DNA of 64,000 bases from Brevundimonas sp. GTDB taxonomy: Bacteria > Pseudomonadota > Alphaproteobacteria > Caulobacterales > Caulobacteraceae. A model generated the notes under the pieces. It made no database searches. It was not told where the DNA came from and saw nothing but the letters and a program-made list of their open reading frames with translations. The position numbers and the translations under genes were made by a program. The stretch spans positions 5,474 through 69,473 of the forward strand of contig NZ_JAEMRO010000003.1 in the NCBI RefSeq assembly GCF_016463295.1, read 5' to 3'. This document shows positions 50,196-60,369 of the stretch, piece after piece. The stretch's first letter is position 1, and every line of letters starts with the position of its first letter.

Positions 50196-51752
50196 ATGTC
50201 ACAGAGTGCCAGCCTGAACGCAGCCATTGCCTTGACCCGGTTCGGGCTGGGTGCGCGAGCCGGCGAGATCGAGGTGGTCGGCGACGACGCCCGAGGTTGG
50301 CTGACGGCGCAGATCCGGCCTGAGGGCGCGCCCTCGCCTCAGGGCGACCTGCCGACCACTGATGAGCGGGTGCAGGACTGGCTGGCCTATCAGCAGACGG
50401 GGCAGCAACGGCGGCAGATACGCCGTCAGGAAGGCGCGGCCTCGAATGCCCCGCCTGGGGCTATGGCTGAGCCCATGGCCGAGGGCGCGGCGATGTCGGC
50501 CATGGGGCAGCAGGGGCAGACTCCGGCTCAGACCGCGCCCATGTCGGACGAGGCCCAGGCCGCCTTTGATGCGCGGCGCGAGAGCCGGCGCGATCTGGCC
50601 CAGGAGACGGCGAGGGAGTTCGTGGCCCGCGCCGATCTGGCCGCAACGACGCCGGATGGCTTTGCGGAACGCTGGGCCCTGTTCTGGGCCAATGCCTTCA
50701 CGGTCTCGGCGACCAAGTTTCAGTCCGGCATCTTCATCGGCCCCTATGAGCGCGAGGCGATCCGGCCGCATGTGTTCGGACGGTTCGAGGACTTGGTCTT
50801 GGCGGCCGAGAGCCACCCAGCCATGCTGACCTATCTGGATCAGGCCCAGTCGGTCGGTCCCGGCAGCGTCGCAGGCCAGAGGCGCAATGCCGGGCTGAAC
50901 GAGAACCTGGCGCGGGAAATTCTTGAACTGCACACCCTGGGCACAGACGGCGGCTATACCCAGGCCGATGTGACGGAACTGGCGCGGGCCCTCACCGGCT
51001 GGTCGATCCCGACCAATCGCGGAGGGGTTGGTCAGGGCCAGGGCCAGGGTCGTCGAGGACGACGGGCCGCCGCCCTGGCGGAACCTGAGAGCGAGAACGG
51101 CTTCGTCTTCCGCACCATAATTCACGAGCCGGGCACACGGACGGTGCTGGGCAAGACCTATGCGGACGGCGGAGCCGAACAGGGCCGGGCCATCCTGCGC
51201 GATCTGGCGAATGCGCCCCAGACGGCCCGGCGTCTGAGCTACAATCTGGCCCGGCATTTCGTGGCCGACGAGCCACCGCCCTCCTTGGTCCAGAAGCTGG
51301 AGGCGGCCTGGACTTCGTCGCGCGGCGACCTGGCCCAAGTGGCGCGCGCCCTGATCGAGGCCCCCGAGGCGTGGGAGCCGCAAGGCTCCAAGATCAAGAC
51401 GCCCTATGAGTTCATCGTCTCCACCCACCGCGCGCTCGGCACCCGGCCGCAGCGCCCGCAGCCCTTGCAGCAGGCGCTGATCCAGATGGGGCAACCGGCC
51501 TTTTCCGCTCCCTCACCTGAGGGCTGGCCCGACACGGCGGCGGACTGGGCGGGTCCCGATGCCTTGGTCAAGCGATTGAACTGGGCCAAGACGGTCGGCG
51601 ACCGGGCCGCCGAAACCGATGCGGACGCCGTGGCCACCGCCGCGCTGGGGCCGCGCCTGGGTGAGCGGAGCCGCTTGGCCATCGCCCGCGCCGAAAGCCG
51701 CCCCGAGGCCCTGACCCTGTTCCTGATGTCGCCGGAGTTCCAACGTCGATGA
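50196..51752 (+). CDS. DUF1800 family protein
   Basis: ALTRFGLGAR, ERWALFWANAF, HPAMLTYLD, NENLAREILELHTLG, YTQADV. Confidence 0.88.
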   Translation: MSQSASLNAAIALTRFGLGARAGEIEVVGDDARGWLTAQIRPEGAPSPQGDLPTTDERVQDWLAYQQTGQQRRQIRRQEGAASNAPPGAMAEPMAEGAAMSAMGQQGQTPAQTAPMSDEAQAAFDARRESRRDLAQETAREFVARADLAATTPDGFAERWALFWANAFTVSATKFQSGIFIGPYEREAIRPHVFGRFEDLVLAAESHPAMLTYLDQAQSVGPGSVAGQRRNAGLNENLAREILELHTLGTDGGYTQADVTELARALTGWSIPTNRGGVGQGQGQGRRGRRAAALAEPESENGFVFRTIIHEPGTRTVLGKTYADGGAEQGRAILRDLANAPQTARRLSYNLARHFVADEPPPSLVQKLEAAWTSSRGDLAQVARALIEAPEAWEPQGSKIKTPYEFIVSTHRALGTRPQRPQPLQQALIQMGQPAFSAPSPEGWPDTAADWAGPDALVKRLNWAKTVGDRAAETDADAVATAALGPRLGERSRLAIARAESRPEALTLFLMSPEFQRR

Positions 51753-52939
51753 CCCAGATGATCCAGATGAACCGCCGCCTGCTGCTGGGCGGCCTCGGGG
51801 CCGCCGGTGTCGGCCTGGCCTATGCCGGGCGTGTGGCGGCACAATCCGCCTCGACCCGGCCCAAGCTGGTGGTCGTCATCGCACGCGGGGCCATGGACGG
51901 GCTGTCGGTGACGGTGCCCTATGGCGATGCCAACTATCGCGCCCTGCGCGGGACACTGGCCATCGCTGCGCCCGGCGAGACAAACGGGGCGCTGGCCCTG
52001 TCAGAGAGCTTCGGCCTGCACCCGGCCCTGACGACCCTGCATCAGATGTATGGCGAGGGTCAGATGCGGTTCGCCCCTGCCGTCGCTATTCCGGTCCGCA
52101 TCCGCTCGCATTTCGACGCCCAGGACGTGCTGGAGAACGGCGGCGAGGGCATCCGGGCGCAAAGCGACGGCTGGCTGAACCGGGCGTTGGTTTCAGCGGG
52201 CGGGCAAGGCGCGCTGAAAGGCCTGTCGATCGGGGCCCAGACGCCGCTGATCCTGCGCGGTCGGGCCGAGACCTCCAGCTGGGCCCCCGGCGGTCAGGTC
52301 AAGGGCGAGGACCGCATCGCCTCGTTGCTTCAGGACCTCTACGTCGACGATCCCACGTTGGGCACGAGCTTGGCGCGCGGGCTGGAGACCGAGGCGCTGG
52401 CCTCGGCCATGAGCGACGGCACGCCTCTGCGCCGCGCCGATGTCGCCGGTCTGGGCCAGGCGGTGGCGCGGCTGATGACCGGCGATCAGGGGGCCGATGT
52501 CGTGGCCCTGTCGGTCGATGGCTGGGACACCCACGCCCGTCAGAATGCGCAGATGCAGACCCGGCTGGACGGACTGGACGCCCTGATCGGCGGCATCCGC
52601 ACGGGCCTAGGGCCGCAATGGAGCCAGACCGTGCTGGTGGTCGCCACCGAGTTCGGACGCACGGCCCGCGCCAACGGGACCCAGGGCACGGATCACGGCA
52701 CGGCCTCGTCCCTGCTGCTGGCCGGCGGGGCGCTGAAGCCGGGCGGGCCCATCGGCGACTGGCCGACCCTGGCCGACAATCGTCTGTTCGAGGACCGCGA
52801 CCTGGCCCCGACGCTGGACGTACGATCAGTGTTCAAGGGCGTGCTTCGCGACCATCTTGGCGTGGACCGGGCTGCGCTGGACGCTCGCATCTTCCCCGAC
52901 AGCGCGGCCGAGGCTCCGGCCCTGACCGGGCTGGTCTAG
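51749..52939 (+). CDS. DUF1501 family protein, Tat-exported
   Basis: NRRLLLG twin-Arg; LVVVIARGAMDGL, RSHFDAQD, GWDTH, TEFGRT, GTDHG. ATGA coupling to DUF1800. Confidence 0.88.
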   Translation: MTQMIQMNRRLLLGGLGAAGVGLAYAGRVAAQSASTRPKLVVVIARGAMDGLSVTVPYGDANYRALRGTLAIAAPGETNGALALSESFGLHPALTTLHQMYGEGQMRFAPAVAIPVRIRSHFDAQDVLENGGEGIRAQSDGWLNRALVSAGGQGALKGLSIGAQTPLILRGRAETSSWAPGGQVKGEDRIASLLQDLYVDDPTLGTSLARGLETEALASAMSDGTPLRRADVAGLGQAVARLMTGDQGADVVALSVDGWDTHARQNAQMQTRLDGLDALIGGIRTGLGPQWSQTVLVVATEFGRTARANGTQGTDHGTASSLLLAGGALKPGGPIGDWPTLADNRLFEDRDLAPTLDVRSVFKGVLRDHLGVDRAALDARIFPDSAAEAPALTGLV

Positions 52940-52942
52940 GCC

Positions 52943-53095
52943 TCAGTCCTCTTCAAGCGGGGGCAGGCCGGCTTCCTTGCGGGCGGCGGCGGCGGCTTTC
53001 TTCTCGGCTTTGGCGGCGGCTTTTTCGGCGGCCTTCTTGGCGTCGGCGCGCTCGCGTTCCTGACGCTCGAAACTGTAGTTGGGCTTACGGGCCAT
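52943..53095 (-). CDS. Small basic/helical protein, 50 aa (below ORF-track cutoff)
   Basis: Manual translation MARKPNYSFERQERERADAKKAAEKAAAKAEKKAAAAARKEAGLPPLEED; AGAGAG SD upstream; strong GCC/AAG codon bias. Confidence 0.8.
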   Translation of the reverse strand: MARKPNYSFERQERERADAKKAAEKAAAKAEKKAAAAARKEAGLPPLEED

Positions 53096-53170
53096 GGATG
53101 GTGGTCTCTCTATTTTCAGACAAAGTGGGGCAAGCGGGCGTCGGGGACAACCTCTGCCGTGCGCGGAAGA

Positions 53171-53647
53171 TCAATCGACAGCGATGATCTCGACCGTCTG
53201 ACCCGCGATCACGGCCTCGTCGCCGACCTGTTTGCCCATCAGGGCAACTGACAAGGGCGAGACGTGGCTGACGGAGCCGGTGGCAGGATCGGCCTCGTCT
53301 TCGCCGGTGATGCGCCAGGTCTGGGTACGGCCGTCGTCACGTTCGATGGTGACCGAACCGCCGAAGCGGACGCGGTCGTCTGGCTGGGTTTCGACCAACT
53401 GAGCCGAGGCGCGGCGGGCGGACCAGTAGCGCAGGTCGCGCGTGGCGCGGGCCATGGCCGTGCGGTCGACCTCGATATCCCCGTGCGCCTGGGCCGCGGA
53501 ATAGGCGGCACGCGCGGACATCAGGGCGTCGTCGATCGCGGCAAGGCCCTCAGGCGTAACCAGATTGGGATGGGGCGAGATCGGGCGGTCGGGAAGATCG
53601 GCGGCCGTGGCCTCCAGATCCTCCTCGCGGGTGAAGGCAACGCTCAT
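53171..53647 (-). CDS. GreA/GreB-family elongation-factor-like protein
   Basis: MSVAFTREED, PNLVTPEGL, VRFGGSV, ITGEDEADP..G.VSHVSPL..AL.GK. Confidence 0.85.
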   Translation of the reverse strand: MSVAFTREEDLEATAADLPDRPISPHPNLVTPEGLAAIDDALMSARAAYSAAQAHGDIEVDRTAMARATRDLRYWSARRASAQLVETQPDDRVRFGGSVTIERDDGRTQTWRITGEDEADPATGSVSHVSPLSVALMGKQVGDEAVIAGQTVEIIAVD

Positions 53648-53693
53648 GCGACAGAAGATAGGCGTTGATGACGCTTGCCGCTAGGAAGACGCC

Positions 53694-54929
53694 ATGACCG
53701 ACCCCGCCACGCCCTCTTCGACCGTCCACGTCATCGGGGCCGGACCTGCAGGGTTGATGGCGGCCGAGCGGCTGGCGCGGGCCGGGGTTGCGGTCGTGCT
53801 GCACGACGCCATGCCGTCGGTGGGGCGCAAGCTGCTGATGGCCGGACGCGGCGGGCTGAACCTGACCCATTCCGAAGGGATCGAGGCCTTTACGGCGCGG
53901 TACCGCGAGGCGTCAGCAACGGCGGCCTCGTGGCTGGAGCGGTTCTCGCCGACACATCTGATCGGCTGGGCCGAGGGGCTGGGCCAGCCGGTCTTCACGG
54001 GGTCGTCAGGGCGGGTCTTTCCGCGCGCGATGAAGGCCTCGCCCCTGCTGAGAGCATGGCTTGGACGACTGGCGGAGTTGGGGGTCGAAGTGCGAACGCG
54101 CTCGCGCTGGGTCGGTCGCACGGAGGGCGGATTCGTCTTTGCCACGCCCGACGGGGAGCGGATCGAGCGACCCGACGCGGTGGTGCTGGCGCTGGGCGGA
54201 GCGAGCTGGCCAAGGCTGGGGTCCGACGGGGCCTGGCGCGAGGGCTTGACCGCCGACGGCGTCGAGGTCGCGCCCTTCCGGCCCTCCAACGTCGGCTTCG
54301 ACGTGGCCTGGACCGAGATCTTTGCGGAGCGCTTTGCCGGTCAGCCGCTGAAGCCCATTGCCCTGACGCATGGTGGCGACACCGTGCGCGGCGAGGCGAT
54401 GATCACGCGCTATGGGCTGGAAGGCGGAGCAGTCTATGCCCTGTCGGCGCGCCTGCGCGAGGCCATAGAGCGGGACGGCACCGCCGCCGTCGTGATCGAC
54501 CTGCGTCCCGACCTGAGCGAGGAGGCCCTGGCCCAGCGGCTGGCGAAACCGCGCGGCAAGGACAGCGTGACCAACTGGCTGAGGAAGGCGGGGGGCCTGT
54601 CGCCCGTCGCGGTCGGTCTGCTGCGCGAAATCCCCGGCGACCTGCCGCTGGGCACCGAAAAGCTGGCCAAGCGGATCAAGGCGGTGCGCCTCACCCTGAC
54701 CGGAGTGCAGGGACTGGAGCGGGCCATATCCTCGGCGGGCGGCGTCCGTCTGGATCAGATCGATGAGGGCCTGATGCTGAAGGTCCTGCCCGGCGTCTTC
54801 GTGGCCGGCGAAATGCTGGACTGGGAGGCCCCGACCGGAGGCTATCTGTTGCAGGCGACGATGGCCTCGGGCGTCGTGGCGGCGGACGGGGTGCTGGCCT
54901 GGTTGGCCGGTCAACGGCTGGCGGATTAA
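53694..54929 (+). CDS. Flavoprotein, YhiN/HI0933 (BaiN-like) family
   Basis: IGAGPAGLMAA, GRKLLMAGRGGLNLT, GSSGRVFP, SSAGGV, GEMLDWEAPTGGYLL. Confidence 0.88.
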   Translation: MTDPATPSSTVHVIGAGPAGLMAAERLARAGVAVVLHDAMPSVGRKLLMAGRGGLNLTHSEGIEAFTARYREASATAASWLERFSPTHLIGWAEGLGQPVFTGSSGRVFPRAMKASPLLRAWLGRLAELGVEVRTRSRWVGRTEGGFVFATPDGERIERPDAVVLALGGASWPRLGSDGAWREGLTADGVEVAPFRPSNVGFDVAWTEIFAERFAGQPLKPIALTHGGDTVRGEAMITRYGLEGGAVYALSARLREAIERDGTAAVVIDLRPDLSEEALAQRLAKPRGKDSVTNWLRKAGGLSPVAVGLLREIPGDLPLGTEKLAKRIKAVRLTLTGVQGLERAISSAGGVRLDQIDEGLMLKVLPGVFVAGEMLDWEAPTGGYLLQATMASGVVAADGVLAWLAGQRLAD

Positions 54930-54939
54930 GGACAACGGC

Positions 54940-55620
54940 ATGCGCGGCATCGATCTGAGTTCGTGGGAAAGCGTGGTGGCCAGTCTGGTCGGCCTGGCCC
55001 TGTTCGCCCTGATCGGGGTGGGCATCCGCCTGGTCATGATGATGACCTTCCAGCAGCGCCAGCAGCGCATGAACCGCCAGATCAACGAGCGGCTGAAGAC
55101 CCTGATCGCCGCCTATAAGGTGCTGGGCGGGTCGTTCACGGGCGACCTGGCCGTCGATCCGCGCCACATGCGCGACCTGAGGCGGGCGCAGGCCGAAACG
55201 AACGAAGGCGCAGCCGTCGACGCTTCGGCCAGTGGCTCCGATCGGGCCCGGCGCATCCGCGACGCGGTAGAGGCGGCCCTGTCCGACATCATCCTGCTGG
55301 GGACGGAAGAACACGTGCGGCTGGCTCAGAGGGCGGCGCTCGATCTGGTGGAGGGCCGACCTGCGCAGATGCATGAGCTGGTGGTGTCGCTGAGAGACTT
55401 CATCCGCCATGCCCTGGACCTCAATCCCATTCCCGCCGGGCTGACGATCCCGGCCCAAGGCCCGTCACGCCCATCCGGCTCCGGCGGGGGCCGAGGCGGC
55501 GGGGGTCAGGGCGGAGGCGGAGGCGGCCAGGGTGGCGGTGGCGGAGGCATGGGCGGAGCAATGGGTGGCGGCATGGGCGGCGGTGTCGTTCTGGGCACCG
55601 ACGATCGCACAGCCGGGTGA
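54940..55620 (+). CDS. Hypothetical membrane-anchored protein with Gly-rich tail
   Basis: One N-terminal TM, helical core, Gly-rich C-terminus; AAGGA SD. Confidence 0.75.
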   Translation: MRGIDLSSWESVVASLVGLALFALIGVGIRLVMMMTFQQRQQRMNRQINERLKTLIAAYKVLGGSFTGDLAVDPRHMRDLRRAQAETNEGAAVDASASGSDRARRIRDAVEAALSDIILLGTEEHVRLAQRAALDLVEGRPAQMHELVVSLRDFIRHALDLNPIPAGLTIPAQGPSRPSGSGGGRGGGGQGGGGGGQGGGGGGMGGAMGGGMGGGVVLGTDDRTAG

Positions 55621-55651
55621 CGTCCCGTCTCGCCGTGGCTAGAACCTCCCC

Positions 55652-56785
55652 ATGACCGACCTGCCTGAAATCCAGGGCCTGTGCCCGCCGCGCTTCGACG
55701 CCGTGAAGGACGCCTTCGCCGCCAACTTCACCGATGCGCCCGAGGGGTTGAACGAACAGGGGGCGCGGTTCAGCGTCTGCATCGATGGCGAACTGGTCGT
55801 AGATCTGATGGCCGGCTGGGCCGATGCGGCGCGGACGGTGCCGTTCGGCGAGCGGACGCTGACGCCCGTCTTCTCGACCGGCAAGGCGGGGATGGCGACC
55901 CTGATCGCGACCTGTGTGGAGCGCGGCCTGCTGGACTATGACGCGCCGGTCTCTCGCTACTGGCCCGCCTTCGGCCAGAACGGCAAGGATGCCATCACGG
56001 TCGGCCAGATGATGAGCCATCAGTCGGGCCTGCCCGGCTTTTCGGAGACGGTCGATCCGACGATCTGGTTCGACCGGCAGGCGGTGCTGGATCAGCTGTG
56101 CGCCCAGGCCCCCATGTGGCCGCCGGGGACGGCCAGCGGCTATCACCCCATCACCATCGGCTATCTGGCGGGCGAGCTGTTCAGCATCGTGGATGGGCGA
56201 ACCATGGGCACCGCCCTGCGTCAGGATTTTCCCGGACTGGACCTGTGGATCGGCCTGCCCGAGGCCGAGCACGGGCGGGTGGCCCAGATGCGCAAGCCCG
56301 CCTCGGCTCCCGACCTGGGTGTCATCGATGCGGTCAAGCGCGCCGCCTTTCTGGACAATGGCTCGGCCCCCGGCGGGCGCGGCTCGACCGAATGGCGGAC
56401 CATGGAGATTCCGTCAGCCAACATGCACGCCACCGCCGCCGATCTGGCGCGGTTCATGAGCGTGCTGACGACGGGTGTGCTGGGCGAGCGGACGGTTCTG
56501 TCACCCGACACTCTGAACCAGATGCGCCGCGAGCGGATCGCGGGACTGGACCGGGTCGTGCCGTTCGACGTCAGCTGGGCCGCCGGGGTGATGCGCAACG
56601 AACGGCTGAACATCTTCGGCCCCAATCCTGAGACGCTGGGCCATTGCGGCTGGGGTGGCAGTTGCGCCCTCGCCGATCCGGACGCGCGAGTATCGGCGGC
56701 CTATGTCATGACCCGCCAGTCGCCGCACCTGCTAGGCGACCCGCGGGCGACGCGGCTGATCGAGGCGCTTTATTCGGCCGTCTGA
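55652..56785 (+). CDS. Serine hydrolase, beta-lactamase/esterase family
   Basis: FSTGK (SxxK), LDYDAPV, SHQSGL, GYH, GHCGWGGS. Confidence 0.88.
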   Translation: MTDLPEIQGLCPPRFDAVKDAFAANFTDAPEGLNEQGARFSVCIDGELVVDLMAGWADAARTVPFGERTLTPVFSTGKAGMATLIATCVERGLLDYDAPVSRYWPAFGQNGKDAITVGQMMSHQSGLPGFSETVDPTIWFDRQAVLDQLCAQAPMWPPGTASGYHPITIGYLAGELFSIVDGRTMGTALRQDFPGLDLWIGLPEAEHGRVAQMRKPASAPDLGVIDAVKRAAFLDNGSAPGGRGSTEWRTMEIPSANMHATAADLARFMSVLTTGVLGERTVLSPDTLNQMRRERIAGLDRVVPFDVSWAAGVMRNERLNIFGPNPETLGHCGWGGSCALADPDARVSAAYVMTRQSPHLLGDPRATRLIEALYSAV

Positions 56786-58284
56786 AATTTTCCTGGCGCG
56801 GTCAGGGCCCCGATGACCCCGGCCAGCACGGCGCAGGCCGCGCAGGTCAGGATCACGACACGAAACGCCGTATGGAAGGCGTCGGTGGCGGCGCTGTCCA
56901 GATCGCCCCCGGCCATGACCTGGCCCAGCAGGGCGCGGGCGTCGGAGCTGTCGGCCTGCGAGACGAAGACGGCGGACAGAATCACCCCCAGCAAGGCCAC
57001 AGCCAGCAGGCCCGCGACCCGGGCCACGGCATTGTTCACGCCCGAGGCCACGCCGGTATGGCTTGGCTGGACCGCCCCCATGACGGTGGCGGTCAGGGGA
57101 CCGACGGCCAGGGTCATGCCGATGGCCAGCATCGTCATCCCCGCCAGCGGCCCATCGACATAGCCCGCGCCCGGTCCCGGCCAGGCCAGCAGGGCCAGAC
57201 CTATGCCCGACAGGATCGGCCCGAGGCTGAGCGACAGCCGCGCCCCGAACAGGTCGGCCAGCCGCCCGGCGACGCCCGAGAACAGTCCCATGACCACCGC
57301 GAACGGCAGCATGGCCGCCCCGGCCATGGTCGCGCTGAACCCCTGCACCCGGATCAGGTCGAACGGCAGGAAGAACATGGCTCCGCCCAGGGCGAAATAG
57401 AGCAGCAGCGTCAGCAGGTTCACGCCGCTGAACACCGCCGACCGGAACAGGGTCAGCGGCATCATCGGATGGCTCTGCCGCGCTTGCGAAATCAGAAAGC
57501 CCACCAGCATCACGACACCGCCCGCCATGCCGGCGATAATGGCAGGGCTGGTCCAGCCCAGGTCGGGCGCGGCGGTCAGGGCCCAGGTCAGGGCGGCCAG
57601 ACCTGCGACGGCCAGCAAGGCTCCGATCCAATCCAGCCCCCGCGCGTCGTCGTCCCGGCTTTCGGGCACGGCCTTCAGGGTGACGGCAATGGTCAGGGCG
57701 GCCAGCGGCAGGTTGATCCAGAAGATGAAGCGCCAATCGGCCTGATCCGCCAGCCAGCCGCCGATCAACGGGCCGACCATGCCGAACAGCGCCCCGGCTC
57801 CGGCCCAGGTACCGAAGGCCTTGCCCCGCTCTTCTGGCGGAAAGGTCGCGCCGATGACGGCGAGTGCTCCGGGCGTCAGAAGGGCTGCGCCGATGCCCTG
57901 CAGCGCCCGCCCTCCGATCAGCAGCTCGACCGTCGGGGCCAGGCCGCAGGCCAGCGACGCCAGGGCGAAGACGACGACGCCGATCAGGAATATTTTGCGC
58001 CGCCCGAACCGGTCCCCGGCCGCACCGCCGGTCAGGACCAGGGCACCCAGTGTCAGCAGATAGGCGTTGGACACCCATTGCACGGCGGCGGGGCCTGCAC
58101 CCAGATCGCGCTGGATGGCGGGCAGGGCCACGCCCAGAGCCGAGCCGTCAATGAAGGTCAGGCTGGAGCCCAGGACGGTGGCGACCAGTATCCAGCGCTT
58201 GCGAGAGGCAGACAGGGCCTGCGTCGGCGGCGGGGCCGCCTGGACCTGGCCTTCGTTACAGGGGCTTCGGTGCGGGCCGTCCAT
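56770..58284 (-). CDS. MFS drug-efflux-type transporter (DHA2-like)
   Basis: QWVSNAYLL, GAAGDRFGRRK, RALQGIGAA, WRFIFWINLP, ASGVNNA. Confidence 0.9.
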   Translation of the reverse strand: MDGPHRSPCNEGQVQAAPPPTQALSASRKRWILVATVLGSSLTFIDGSALGVALPAIQRDLGAGPAAVQWVSNAYLLTLGALVLTGGAAGDRFGRRKIFLIGVVVFALASLACGLAPTVELLIGGRALQGIGAALLTPGALAVIGATFPPEERGKAFGTWAGAGALFGMVGPLIGGWLADQADWRFIFWINLPLAALTIAVTLKAVPESRDDDARGLDWIGALLAVAGLAALTWALTAAPDLGWTSPAIIAGMAGGVVMLVGFLISQARQSHPMMPLTLFRSAVFSGVNLLTLLLYFALGGAMFFLPFDLIRVQGFSATMAGAAMLPFAVVMGLFSGVAGRLADLFGARLSLSLGPILSGIGLALLAWPGPGAGYVDGPLAGMTMLAIGMTLAVGPLTATVMGAVQPSHTGVASGVNNAVARVAGLLAVALLGVILSAVFVSQADSSDARALLGQVMAGGDLDSAATDAFHTAFRVVILTCAACAVLAGVIGALTAPGKFQTAE

Positions 58285-58336
58285 CGCTTGTCCCCCAATC
58301 GAGAGCCGAACGTTACGCCGCCTTCCCGTCGGTGGT

Positions 58337-59299
58337 CTAGCGTCCGGCCTCGCGGCTCCGGTCCTCGGCGGGATCGTCCAGCAGGCCAGGCTCGGGGGCG
58401 ACGACGACGGACCTGCGCCGCGACCGGACGGCCGCGATGGCGAAGACGACGGCTCCGGCCCAGATGAAGCCGAACGATATGGCCCGCAGCAGGCCGAAGG
58501 GTTCACCTTGGCTCACCCCGATGACGAAGACGATGGTCGGGGCCAGGAACTGCAGGAAGCCCATGGTCGACAAGGGCATGCGCCGCGCGGCCCAGGCGAA
58601 CAGCACCATGGGCACCACGGTGATCGGCCCTGCCGCCAGGAGCCACAGGGTCGCCGCCGTGGACTGGCCGAAATGGCCCTGACCCTGGGACGCAATCCAC
58701 AGCACCCAGGCCAGGCCGGGCCCGGCCAGCAGCAGGCATTCCAGGAACAGGCCGCTCTGGGCATCGACCGCCACGCGCTTGCGGATTACGCCATAGGCAC
58801 AGAAGGTCGTGGCCAGCAGCAGCGATACCCAGGGCAGATGCCCCAGGGCCACGGCCTGAAGCACGACGCCGCACCCGGCCAGGGCGATGGCGACCAGGCC
58901 GGTGCGTGAAATCTTCTCGCGGAACAGCCAGGCCCCCGCCGCCATGTTGAGCAAGGGGTTGAGGTAGTAGCCGAGGCTGGCATCCAGCGTCCGGCCGTTG
59001 TTCACGGCGATGACATAGGTGGTCCAGTTCACCGCGATCAGCGTCGTCGACAGGGCGATCCAGCCCATGACGCGCGGCGAGCGCAGGGCCTGCATCACCT
59101 GCCCGCCCTGACGCACCACCAGCACCAGCGCCCCGGCCCACAGCACGGCCCAGGCGGTGCGGTGGGCCATGATCTCGAACGCATCGGCCCCGGCACGGTC
59201 CATCGCCTGGAACACCAGGGGGATGAAGCCCCAGATGGCATAGCAGGCGACGCCCGCGATCAGGGCCTTGCGATCCTCCCCGGCCGGGGCGGTGGTCAC
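58337..59299 (-). CDS. rarD: EamA-family transporter RarD
   Basis: CYAIWG, SLGYYLNPL, GFLQFLAPT. Confidence 0.88.
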   Translation of the reverse strand: MTTAPAGEDRKALIAGVACYAIWGFIPLVFQAMDRAGADAFEIMAHRTAWAVLWAGALVLVVRQGGQVMQALRSPRVMGWIALSTTLIAVNWTTYVIAVNNGRTLDASLGYYLNPLLNMAAGAWLFREKISRTGLVAIALAGCGVVLQAVALGHLPWVSLLLATTFCAYGVIRKRVAVDAQSGLFLECLLLAGPGLAWVLWIASQGQGHFGQSTAATLWLLAAGPITVVPMVLFAWAARRMPLSTMGFLQFLAPTIVFVIGVSQGEPFGLLRAISFGFIWAGAVVFAIAAVRSRRRSVVVAPEPGLLDDPAEDRSREAGR

Positions 59300-59303
59300 G
59301 GCC

Positions 59304-60350
59304 TCAGACCGTGATGGTGCGATAGCCCGAGGACGGCTTGATCATGCCGGTCTCGTCCAGCAGCTGGGCGATCTGGACGGCATTCAAGGCCGCCCCCTTG
59401 CGCAGGTTGTCGCCCACGATCCACAGCATCAGGCCGTTCTCGACCGAGGGGTCCTTTCGGATGCGGCTGACATAGACCGAGTGCTCGCCGGCGGCATCGA
59501 CGGGGGTGATGTAGCCGTCGTGCTCCTGCTTATCGACCACCTGGATGCCGGGCGCGTCACGCAGGATGGCGCGGGCCTCGTCAGGGGTGATCGGCTTGTC
59601 GAACTCCAGCGCCACCGCCTCGGAGTGGCCGACGAAGACCGGCACGCGCACGCAGGTGACGGTCAGCTTGATGTCGGGATCCAGCATCTTGTGGGTCTCG
59701 TCCCACATCTTGGCCTCTTCGTCGGTGAAGCCGTCGTCACGGAAGCTGCCGATGAAGGGGATGACGTTGAAGGCGATCTGTTTGGGGAACAGCTTGGGCC
59801 GCGCGTCGCCCAGACCGTAGATGGCCTTGGTCTGGTTCCACAGCTCATCCATGCCCGCCTTGCCCGCGCCCGACACCGATTGATAGGTCGAGACCACCGC
59901 GCGCTTGATCCTGGCCGCGTCATGCAGGGGCTTGAGCGCCACGACCAGCTGCGCCGTCGAGCAGTTGGGGTTGGCGATGATGTTCTTCCTGGACGCCAGC
60001 TTGATGTCGTCAGGGTTCACCTCAGGCACGATCAGCGGCACGTCGGGGTCCATGCGGAAGGCTGACGAGTTGTCGATCACCATCGGCCCGGCCTTGCCGA
60101 TCTTCTCGGACCAGGCGCGCGAGGCGTCGCCACCGGCGCTCATCAGGACCAGATCGACCTGCGAGAAATCGAAGCTGTCGATGTCTTCGCATTTGATCGT
60201 CTTGTCGCCCCACGACACCTCGACGCCCTTGGACTTGCGCGAGGCGACGGCGTGCATTTCGGAGACCGGAAACTCCAGCTCTTCAAGGATGTTCAGCATC
60301 TCGCGCCCGACGTTGCCGGTAGCGCCCACGATGGCGACTTTATAGCTCAT
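59304..60350 (-). CDS. asd: Aspartate-semialdehyde dehydrogenase
   Basis: VGATGNVG, IDNSSAFRM, NPNCST, STYQSVSGAG, CVRVP, DNLRKGAALNA. Confidence 0.96.
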   Translation of the reverse strand: MSYKVAIVGATGNVGREMLNILEELEFPVSEMHAVASRKSKGVEVSWGDKTIKCEDIDSFDFSQVDLVLMSAGGDASRAWSEKIGKAGPMVIDNSSAFRMDPDVPLIVPEVNPDDIKLASRKNIIANPNCSTAQLVVALKPLHDAARIKRAVVSTYQSVSGAGKAGMDELWNQTKAIYGLGDARPKLFPKQIAFNVIPFIGSFRDDGFTDEEAKMWDETHKMLDPDIKLTVTCVRVPVFVGHSEAVALEFDKPITPDEARAILRDAPGIQVVDKQEHDGYITPVDAAGEHSVYVSRIRKDPSVENGLMLWIVGDNLRKGAALNAVQIAQLLDETGMIKPSSGYRTITV

Positions 60351-60369
60351 TTTAGTCAGTCCTTCGGAC

